Assembly (NCBI RefSeq): GCF_009914755.1
Contig: NC_060938.1
Origin: the human T2T-CHM13v2.0 reference genome, Homo sapiens
DNA: 64,000 bases
Reading direction: 5' to 3' (one strand)
The position numbers and the translations under genes were made by a program. Below are positions 28,631-39,849 of the stretch, one piece after another; within the stretch, counting starts at the first letter, position 1; the number at the start of each line of letters is the position of its first letter. The notes beneath the pieces were generated by a model. That model did no database searches and was not told the DNA's origin. It saw only the letters and a list, made by a program, of their open reading frames with translations.

Positions 28631-30601
28631 AACAAACAAGCAAACAATTCTCATCTGTAATCTATTTATAAGGGGGACACATACAAATGACACAGAAATG
28701 TTTAGGATAAAAAGTTTTTTGAAAAAGACTGTAAAAGTACAATCCAAAAGAAAGCTGGAATACAATATCAATATCTGACAAAATAGACTTTGAAACCAAA
28801 AAGCTTTAATCAAACCAAAATTTATGAAGGATGATTCAAGCAGTAAAAGTAGCAAGCTTGATCCAATGACATGTGTGGAAAAGGAGAGTAAAGGTTGACA
28901 AAAAATTGAGACAGAAGTACCCTTGTTTAGGTGTATGTATATTATGGCATTTTGATCTGCAGATGAGAAAGTAAGAAAAAGCTCAACTGCCTTCTTCTTG
29001 CTTAATCATCACTTTCTCTGTGAGCTACTGAACTTATCTGTGGCTGTCCTGATGGTCCATTTCAGAGGCTTCTAAATGCCTACCTGTAGAACAGAGGTGG
29101 TTTGAGAGGTTGTTTTCACCAGTCTGCAGTGAAATGAGAAAAATAAGAGATGCAGCATGATTTTCATGACAATAACTTTCTTTGTTTCAAAGAAATGCTT
29201 TTGTCCCTGTGCCTTTAAAATGTCCTTTCTTGTATAAAATTATGCTGCTGATGTTACTATGTTTATTATTGTTGTTGTTCTAATTTCTTTAATTGGCAAG
29301 ATTCGGAGTCTGCAGTACTTAGAAAAATTGCAAATAGATGTTGACTCTTTTGTTCTTCCTGAATCACCTCAGTGCAGAGATGAGAGTCTGGTGTTAGGTG
29401 ACTGGTGCACCTTGTACAAGCTCACATCACTCTTCATGGTCTTTGTAATGATCTTGAGGCCTGTGTTTTTATTCTCCCCATTTAACAGAAGAGTAAACTG
29501 AGTCCAGATAATTTTGTTAAGCACTGATATTTTAGATTTTTGCTTATCATTTGACTCTAAGTTCAGATCACTTTTTTTTTTTTTTTTTTCAGAAAAATTA
29601 CACTCTCCTATTACCCAAGTCATGTTTGAGTGGGATTTCTCTATGGATTGATGCTGTCCCAATCTTTGGGTCAGAGGTCCCAGTTGATTCATAAAAGTAC
29701 ACCTAGTTTAGAAAAAGTGACAGTATTTATTTGGGGGAAAAAGTTTTGAGCTCTCTGCATTAGGATCCTGCCAATATGCCCTCTCAAATTATATGCTTCT
29801 TAAGAAAAGAAGTTTGCTTTAATAAAAATAGATTCTATGCGACATGTTAGTCTTCATAATTGGACCAAAGAGCACAAGGAGCACACACTTACAAGATAAT
29901 CTGAAAATGAACGGACAAATAATATAGTAATCACCAAATCCTTATTACTTGAAGCCTATCTGCGCCAGGAGGCCCTTTCTCCCTTGATGATCAGGCCTGA
30001 CCCCTATTAATTTTAATAGGAGTTAAATAGTCACGTCAAGGGAAGTATCAGGGAGTGCATTTGCAGCAAACCAACCCCAGAGATTAAGACCTCCACTTTT
30101 GGCTTTCTGCTGAAAATGTGACACATTGCCTGATGCTTATCTGCTTTTAATTGTGTGTTGTGTGTGTATGTTTTTCTCCCTTCTTTTTGCAGAGGAGGCA
30201 ATTTGCAAATCGTTGCTATCTGCCTCCCTACAAGGAAGAGATAAATTATATGAGAGACTGTGGCGTTTGGCCTGTTTGATATCCTTTGCTGATAAATTGA
30301 AGTGTACCTTCATAATTAATACCCAATCTTTTCTGATAGGCTTTGCCACGCTAAACCTTGGAGGTATCTAACTGTAATGAAAAACCATTGTTGTGATCAC
30401 CTTGCTCTTTTTTCCCTTTTTACCCCTTTCATCAAAAATATGCACAGAGGTTTTGTTGGACAGAAAGATCTCTCGGTTTTATTAAGCAGCATCTTCAAAG
30501 ATTCAGCAGAGACAGACTTGCTTCTGTGAGCTTTGTAACATGTAAGTGACATTTCCCTGCGTTTAAATATGGCTTTGTTAGGCAGTGCTTGCAATCAGAA
30601 T

Positions 30602-30603
<2 letters not shown>

Positions 30604-30645
<42 letters not shown>
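30604..30645. repeat. Pure A42 homopolymer
   Basis: Directly visible. Confidence 0.98.
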
Positions 30646-30646
<1 letters not shown>

Positions 30647-30954
30647 CCCCACTGTTAGAACCTGAAACCAAAGAGAAATAGATCCTCCTTTAGTTTCACT
30701 TTTGAAATAGGAAGTCGAGGGAAAGTCAAAATCAGACAAATCAAATTAGATTTAAAATTCCTGTGAACTCTCAGAATGCACGATCAGGATAAACATTTCT
30801 TTCTGAACCAAACAAAGCAAGACACCATTTAGTAAGATTTTATGATGGATAAGTGAGACTGCTCATTTGTGTACGACTTCACAACTAAGCAAAGTAATTA
30901 GAAAATTAGCTCATCAGCTCCCCAACCTTCTGACTCAGATGGGGCAAGGATTTT

Positions 30955-31060
30955 AGAAATAAGGCCATTTTACAGATAAGGAAATTGAGGCACAGAAAGT
31001 AGGCATGACTTCTCAAGGCAGACGTGGGATCAGAATATAGGTCTTCTGATATCTGCTGCA
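30955..31060 (-). mobile_element. MIR SINE
   Basis: CCATTTTACAGATAAGGAAATTGAGGCACAGA. Confidence 0.85.
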
Positions 31061-31629
31061 ATTATTTTGCCACAAAAGAAGACTCTCCAACATTTTATGG
31101 TGATTTACATGTCAGTATATAGATATGAGGATTTTAGCCAAAACAGAGAAGAGATGAAGCCTGTGCCATCTCATTGGCTAGCCATCCCCTGTTGTCTTTC
31201 ATTCTCTCTTTCTGCAAAACCTGCCACACCACAGGCTTTTTGAGGAGCATTCCTCTCACCTCATGCTCACTATTCTTGTTCCAGAGTCTTACTACGAATT
31301 TTATTCCTGGCTCCAGATCACATTCACTAGCCCTTGCTATTACGAGCGAAGTCATATTCCCCTGCCCATACACAGAGGCCAGAGCAAATCCTCAAGGCCT
31401 GGAAGGGGCAGCATCTTGGAGACACTTGGCAAGATACATGGCTGGAGACCTCAAGCTACCCTCCTAGACACAGATAATTTTTTTTAAGTTTCTGATTTGC
31501 AGAATTTTTATGGGGAAACAAAAGTAAATCAAACAAAACTAAATAAAAGACTGTATTTTTAAGGGCCTTTCATAAGTCGAATTGGCTCTTGCAATTCTTG
31601 TGACTCCACAACATGAAGCCATCTATCCA

Positions 31630-31990
31630 CCCATCCAAACCTCCAACCTTCATTGGTCAAATATTAATTGAATCCCTGCTTTATATAAAGATCCTGCCTG
31701 CAGTGGAGCTTACATGCCAATATGAGATGGAGACAATGAGTAACAAACAAGTTTAAAGCAACAAGTAACAGACAAGTTGAAAGGTGATGTAGAGAAATGT
31801 AACACAGGGAGAGAAAGTGAGGAGAAGATCTACTACAGAAAATATGGTCAGTGAAGATGTCTCTGTAGAGGTGACATTTTAGCAATGACCAAAGAGAATA
31901 AAGCATGTAAAAAAAAAAAAAAAAAAACAAAAAAAACAAAAGAAAGGTCATTCTATGAAGAAGGAATGACAAGGTACCAGCATTTTAAAG
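31630..31990 (-). mobile_element. L2 LINE 3' fragment with internal A-rich tract
   Basis: GATCCTGCCTGCAGTGGAGCTTACA...TGGTCAGTGAAGATGTCTCTGTAGAGGTGACATTT. Confidence 0.75.
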
Positions 31991-32964
31991 GACATGACAG
32001 TGGCCCATTGGAAGACAGCATGACACCCAGTGAGGGAGTGTCATCTGGGGACCTCTGAGTTCAAGCAAATGCATGAATAAATGGACAACCCCAGCTGCCA
32101 CTGACCAGCCTCATCATTTTGGGCAAGTCCCTTGTCCTTGAAATTGCTTCCCAATCTTGAAAAATAAGAGGATAAATAAACTGAAAAAAATATTTTAGGG
32201 TTACATTGACTTAAAATCCTGATTCCATGTAAAGCTTGCCCCAGAGACTTCATCATCTTTCTTCTTTCTTGTTACCCCAATCCTATTTTCCACCCAGATT
32301 AGAAAGCTATCATGAGTCCTCTTTGGACCCCAATCAGGGACTCCCATGGAAGTTCAAGAAAATCAAAGCATGAGAACTAATGAGATCCATCATGCATTCT
32401 TGGTGAAGTATTCTTAGCACAGTTGTGAAGTCTTTCTTCAGAATGAAATCCAAAATTTGATCAACAATGGGAGAAAATGATAAATTTACCCTTAATGTAG
32501 TAAGTGGACAATAATTACTCTGAAGAAGACAATTAATGTGGGTAGATAACTCTGCCAGCAACTTCATATCCATATTCAGTTGAAGTGTCATCTTGAAAAG
32601 AAGATACTCACTTTTTAAGCCAGAAGACACATGATTTAGGAGAGTATGCCTGTATTTCCCCACTGCCCTGATAAATACATGGAAGGCATAGGCAGAAAGA
32701 CAGAAATACAATAATTGTTCCAGAATAAAAGAGCTTTGACCCCTTCCTTTGAAAATAAAAGCAAAATAAATTCATGAGTTGTTCATTAATACATTATTTT
32801 ATCTGTTATATCTATTATGTAAAAGATTGCTTTATTTTCTTTCATTGTTTTGGAGTTTCATTCTAAACCTGTCAGTTGCAAGAATGCTTAAAATTTGGAA
32901 CACTTGTTAATAGTTGAGTGCATGATGATAAAAGCACTACTGCTTTTAAAGACAAAACACAAAT

Positions 32965-33160
32965 CTTAGATTTATAAGAAAAAAGTTCAGGTCATAGCTT
33001 TCCATTTACTAGCTGTGTGACCTCAGGCAAGTTACTAGTTCTGTGTGAACTTTGATTGCATAGTCTGTACACAGGGAGCATCACAGTCATCCAACTTACT
33101 TCATGAATGAAAAACAAATATGAATGTATTTTCTCTGTAAATAGCAACACATTGACAATT
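32965..33160 (+). mobile_element. MIR SINE
   Basis: CCATTTACTAGCTGTGTGACCTCAGGCAAGTTACT. Confidence 0.85.
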
Positions 33161-36100
33161 ATGAAGAAGGAGAAAGAAGAGAGGAGAAAGACAAGAAAAA
33201 GAGGAGCGGGAGAAGAAGCAGGGGAGAAAGAACTTAAGTTTTACTGATTTTAATCCCATTTAGAGCAGAGATCTAACTAGAAGGATTTGATGGCAATTGG
33301 CAGTTCTCAGACCAAAATTCTCTTTAGTAAGTCCAATAAAATTTCCAGAGCTGCATGTGTTCTTTGAATTCATTCCTTCTTTTTTTTTGTCTTCAGTGTT
33401 AAGGGATTAAATATTCCTCAGAAAGTAGCATATTATATTGATATTGGCCATCATTTGAGTTTTATGGAGTCTCCACTGTCTATAGAATAAAGAACAGATT
33501 TCTCTAGTATTTCAGGGCTTTCGTTATTTGTTGTTAATCTGCCTAACATGATTTTGCTCTCTCTAAAACTATTTAAAGATCTGGAATCTACCCCAATTTG
33601 CCTAAATGCAGAGGAGATGGTGAGAAGAATTAATGATCAGAGTGGACTCTAAAATTGTCCTACAGCCAGGGAGATAGGCAACTGATCCTAGGGTGACATA
33701 GAAATGAAGAGCAAGTTGGAAGGGGAATGTTGGAAGTATGACTAAAGGAGTTCAGAGGCATGGATATTCTACAGAAGATTATTCTTGAGATCCTTTCCAC
33801 CACTGCAGTAGACAAGTATTGTGTTTCCCTAGGTAAAAAATACCCCTAAGATTCACAGTATTGAAATGGTTTTATTAAGCTTATAACCAGTAGAAGTGGA
33901 CCTAGAGTCCAGGTCTTCAGATGCTGAAAGATGTACTTTGTTGACTATATATAGCTTGTGGTTACATTGTGGAGAGTCTCAGAATCCAGGCTAAGGAGTA
34001 TGGAATCTTGGCTATAGGGTAGAGAGTCCAGTGAAGAGTTTTGTGCTGGGAAGTGACTTGATGAATGTGAAAGCTTGGTTCAGAGGCAATAAAATGTTCA
34101 TGGTAGGTCAGTTTGGAAGTAGCCAGGATCTGATTCGCAATAACAGCAATGAGAATAATCAGAAAGAGGTAGATGTAAGAAATATTTGAAGGAAGGTACA
34201 TGCAAAGAAGTTATCAAAGGCAAAAGGGAAGCCTGGGAGATGCGAATGGCTTAGAATTACATGCAGAAGATGAAGAGCCAGACCAAATGGGACATAGGAA
34301 AGACATAGGTCCCAAATGGGACCCAGACCAAAATAGGACCTTATGTACAAAGGTACATGCTTGTGGGTTGTGCATGGTGGATGAAGTTTGCATTGCACAC
34401 AATCTGATTCCTCCTGGAGGTGACAATAGGTGGTTGCTAACGCTGGAATCAATATTGTTCTCTGAGATTTAAAATAATCAAATCCACACATAATGGGTGT
34501 GTTAGCCCTCTGTGGGCTCCAACCTAGCAAACGATTTCTCACTGTGCATTGAAGTGTGGGTACAGCTTAAATCCCAATCCGGGGGCTCAACAATAATGTC
34601 TGAGAATTAGAATCGGAATGAGGATATCATGTAAGAAGTAGATACCTTTGTTATGCTTATCAGGAGAAAACCCTTTATGAGCAGCCAAGGCCACAAAAAC
34701 GGGACATCCAGCCATCTAGACCTGACAGTGCCCAAAAAGTGTCCAAGTAAAATTAGTCCCTCACACAGAGTCTTTCTGGTGGTGATGCAGGTGTGGAGTT
34801 ATCCTAGCCAGGTGTCAGAACCACGTCTCCACTTTCTGGGCCCTGATGCTCTGCTCACTAAGCAACTTTAAGCCTCAGTGTCTTTCTCGGTGTATCTACC
34901 TACAAAGAGTAAATATTTTGTTCCACATTAGTATTTTGAGCATTTTGTCAAACTGAGTCAAATAACATTTTGGAAGCTGTACATCTGACTTTAATGAGCT
35001 TGGTTACTGTCAGTCTAGACATGAGACCATTCTGCCAACCTGACTGAGTTCCTGAATGTGCAAAGATGAACAGAAAGTTCTGGTTTGGACCATGGTGTAT
35101 TTATGACTTGCTGTTTCTATAAATATTCTTCTGTGATTACATGCTTCCCTTTCAGATGATAACACTCTGTGAACACTTGATTGATTAGGAATAGGTCACC
35201 TCTGTGTGAGTTCCTGGATGGACCCATCTAGATCATGTATACTTACTTTATATCTTTTATACAGGAGGCACTCAGTAGAGAACAAATGAATGAAAGTTTG
35301 TTCACCTTTAGCTTATAAAGGTTCTATTTTGATGCCATCTATTTTTCTTTTTGTGAAATATCTTCTCTAAATCTTTTCTCCCACCAAAATCAGTATTGGT
35401 AGAAGCGAGAGTTCTTATAAACATTTCACTGAGCTCAAACCACAAGGCCTTTTATTAATGACACTTCCAAGCTCTGTGATTGTGCTCAAATTGGCAAAGG
35501 GGAGTTCTGTGCTCACAGAATGTAATTCAAGAACCAATAAAAGTTGATTACATACATATGAAACGTATGGACTGGGGGTAGGAGTCTTGGATGGCTTACA
35601 AAGCAGGTGTCATGTTTCATCTTCTGCATGGGGTTTTATGGGAGGCCCACACGAAGCCACAAACATCTACATTGTCCCTTTCACTAAGCATCATGTAAAC
35701 AGAATCATGTTCTCATTCAAAAATACATCTGCAACATTATAGTTCAGAAAGAGGTCTAGGTTTTCTATCAATTTTAGCTCCAACTGGAGAGTCCTGCAAG
35801 AAACTCAGTAATTAATTAGGAGGTGCACAAGGTCATCTTTCACTATGAACAATTAAAATAAAATAGACTGTTAGTTCACCGATTAGAGCTGTGGCAGCAG
35901 GACGTACATGATCTTATGTAACGGATGAGCTTTTTCTGTTTTAAAATACATGCAAAAATAAAGCTATATCCCCCTCCCCAATTATAGCATCTACTCATAT
36001 GTGTGATTGGGAAGGCTTTGCTGTTTTTCACAGCTAAAGACATGTCTGGATACTCATTGGTGTTCTCTCAAGCCTCGTTTGAACCCGTGTTGAAACACAG

Positions 36101-36639
36101 CTACCTCAGGGTAGCGATGTGGCAGCTGTTTCCAGCCCCACAGCACAGCTGGTTTTGAGCAGGAAATGAGGGAGACCTTCTCCAGGGAAAACTACAGGGA
36201 ATTTTTGGTGAACAGAATGCAATTACCCCAGCTGGAAATATGCCAGGTTATGATGGTACACACCCGACTGTTGCAAAGGCATCAGGGCTCTCTCCCACAT
36301 AGACTGTGTTTTAAACAGAAGACAGAATGAACATATCATTATGATCCACTTAATCACTATAAGGTAATTATGATGATGTTAATAACTATGATATTTTTCA
36401 ATGAAGCTTCTTTAACTTTCCAGGATTAAGAGTGAAAAGTGGTGGACACAACAATTGAAAACAATAGACTCAATAATAAACAAATGGTCTATCAGTCATA
36501 GCGCCACCTTGATTTACTGCTTCAACATAACTGGCTGGTATGGATTCATTCTTGAGTAAGTGCTGATGACTGTTCCGCTGGCGAAAATTGAGCCTGCTCT
36601 TGTCAACATAGAAAGCAAGACTGGCCTGTAGCACCGCAA

Positions 36640-36860
36640 ACTCTTTCTAGAAATTGCATTTGTTTTAGAGTTTTACAAACTCTGTTTACAGACATTTCCT
36701 CTGTGCTCTCATGGCAATTTGAAAAGCAATTTGAAAAGATGTGTGTTTTTATGATTCCCAATTTGCAGATGAGAAAACCAAGGCTTAAAGAGATGAACTG
36801 ACTTGTTTACAGTAATATACTGGCAAGGGTTAGAGTGATTACACTGCATTAGTCCTTCCA
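36640..36860 (-). mobile_element. MIR SINE
   Basis: ATTCCCAATTTGCAGATGAGAAAACCAAGGCTTAAAGAGATGAACTGACTTG. Confidence 0.8.
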
Positions 36861-38219
36861 CTTCACCACTTTACCAGAGAAAATTTGAATAATGCACATT
36901 CATTCTTCCCCTCTAGAAATGCTAATTTATGTTTCTCAACATATTTTTTAGTGCTGGATTTTAAAATTATGTAAGAAGTAGTTTTGAAGTTGAAGCCATC
37001 AAAAAGTTCAATCGTGACTAGTTGACTAGAAAATATATTTGATAATAAAAATTCAGTTCAAAAAAATGGATTACATAATCCATTTTGCTAAACATAGCCT
37101 GCAAGAATCTAATGAGAGTCAACTCCGAAATCAATCACTTGAGAAACTAAATTGTTAAAGTTCTTGAGAAGTAGTTTCCTGATAAATGGCATTCTTTGAC
37201 AGAGCGTCTGGGTAAATATGGTGCACTCATGATTGATCCTCAAGAATCTTGAGTTATTTTTAAAAGAATATTTCATTTTTATATTTATATTCGGTTGCCA
37301 CTAATGACACACATGGATTCAAATTTCAGTTCCACCACTATTTGAATGACCTTGGATGTGGTCCTTCATTCTGGAGTGAGTCGTCAGAAGGTGGAATAAG
37401 ATTGACATCATATGCATGGTTGTGGATGATTAAATGATATATATGAAAATGCTCAGGATGACATCTGACACAAAGTATGTGCTCCGAAGCTTTAAAAAGT
37501 CATTTCCAGAAGTTATTTATAGTTACCTACCTTCAATCAAAATAAAATACTAAAGGAATTTAGAGGACATACTTCTTAATAAATATATTAATTTTCATGA
37601 TAGTCTCTTGATATTTAATTTGGATATTTAAACTCAAACGTTGAATGAACTCAACCAAATTTAGAATTGCAGATACAAAAATCACAGAAACAGGAACATA
37701 GCAGAGAACTGTTTCAGATTATCAGAAGCCCAAGGCCCTTGAGTGCCATAAAAACTAGTATTTTTCGATTTGATTGATTTTTGGCTATATTTATTTATTT
37801 ACCTAATATTTGTTAAATGCCTATTAAATAACAGGCAATGTGTTAGCTGATGAGAATGTAAAACTTCAAAAGAGAAATGAAGATAAAAAGTGTGTTTTTT
37901 TTTTAATCTCAAGAGAGTCACAGAATAGCTGCTAATCAGATGTGGAGACAAGTCATTTTCATATAATAATTGTATTTATTTAGCAGTGATGGTAACTTAA
38001 GATCAAATTCACTTGGAGACTCCTTTATGGTTTCTCAATAATCTCTAGTGTTTGGAAGCATCACGAATCTTCGGTTATGAATCGTTTGCTGTAAAGGGGA
38101 AAGATGGTACTTGGTGGTGGATCTGGTCCACTCAGATGTCATAGGTCTTCCTTCTTGCCTCCATCTGGGGCCCCTTTATGTTGGCTAGCAGGATTCTTGT
38201 ATATAAAAGGGCAATGCTG

Positions 38220-38300
38220 AGATCGCGCCACTGCACTCCAGCCTGGGCGACAGAGCGAGACTCCGTCTCAAAAAATAAAAAATAAAAAAAACTAATAAAA
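38220..38300 (+). mobile_element. Severely 5'-truncated young Alu (last 50 bp plus A-rich tail)
   Basis: AGATCGCGCCACTGCACTCCAGCCTGGGCGACAGAGCGAGACTCCGTCTC with all CpGs intact; perfect 15 bp TSD AAAAGGGCAATGCTG (38205-38219, 38301-38315). Confidence 0.97.
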
Positions 38301-38499
38301 AAAAGGGCAATGCTGTTTTCTAATATATAAATATTTTGATTCCAGGTCTCATTTCACAAGATGTCTCTGAGAAACAAATGGGACATCTGGCATCAAGTCA
38401 TCAATACCATGCGAGGCCAGAGTAGCGGATGCAAACGAACTTGTTCCCCTTCTTTTGTAAGACCTAACTTTTATTAATTCAATCAGAAACGTTCATTAA

Positions 38500-38821
<322 letters not shown>

Positions 38822-39812
38822 TAAATTCATTATTATACTTTGCAATATAGACAGTGCTCTGTATTAAGACTAGAGGAAAACAAAATCTTCAGGGCACTGC
38901 CAAATCAGAGCTGTCACCTCCAGCATCTTATCTCTTTCTCATGGTAGCCAATAAAAAGAAATGAGAGGGAACAATAGAAAAGGAAAGGGAAGAGGAACAA
39001 GAGAATAACAATTGCAAATATGGAAGGCTCCCTCACACCTACTAAAACCTTTGTCTGCAATTAGATATCACTATTTTTAGCATTCCTAGCCCAGTCCTCC
39101 CTCCCAATTTAATTGGTCTGCCCGTGTCAATGAGTTTCTACAGAAAGGTGGTTCTGCCACCTTGCAAGACCTACCTCAATATGTAGTATCTAAATTTCTT
39201 TCTTTTCATTGTCCAACTTGTGACCTTTAGGAAAATTCACAATGTTCATTATCCATTTATTTTCAAACCAGTCTTATCTCATCCTTGAAACATTTTTGGG
39301 CACTGGAGAAATATAGTCTGGCTAAATTTTCAAAATGATTTTGTTTAATTTTCAGTTGATGACCTGTGCTGAGAAGAACATAGGGCAAGGAGTTAGCAGG
39401 GACGTAGGTTGTATCCTAAATGACTCTGGCTGTGTGATCCAAGGAAGTTACCAGACATTTTTAGTTTCCTTGTACACAGAATGAGTGGATTGAACCCTAG
39501 ATATCTTTCAGCAATTTACTCAGCAATTACAGACAACATTTTGACCCTGATGTCTCATAAAGTAAGTCATCATTGACCCAGTATAATTTTTTTATCATTT
39601 CTTCATTTTATGAGAGCATTTAAGGCTACAGAAATGATTGGCATTCACTCTTCCTTTTCAACTTATCAAATACTGGTGTCTCTAAGTATTTCCTTGAAGA
39701 CAGGAGCTGTCTTTTTTCTTTGTGATGTTTTTATACATGAAATTAGTCTCCTCATCACAGTAAACTGAAGCAACATTAAAATAACAGGAAGGCACTAACA
39801 CATGCGTGTGAG

Positions 39813-39849
39813 TACACACACACACAGACACACACACACACACACACAC
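39813..39849. repeat. (CA)n microsatellite
   Basis: Directly visible. Confidence 0.95.

Larger units (their letters stand above)
19075..28850 (+). mobile_element. Old L1M host (ORF1 C-terminus to ORF2 endonuclease start), split into pieces at ~19075-19680, 26020-26690 and 28630-28850
   Basis: ORF 19131 reads ...EKSQITCKGLTIRLTTDFLS (ORF1 motif IRLTADFS); the 3' piece has AAAAGAAAGCTGGA...ATATCTGACAAAATAGACTTT (ORF2 ISDKIDF). Confidence 0.75.
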
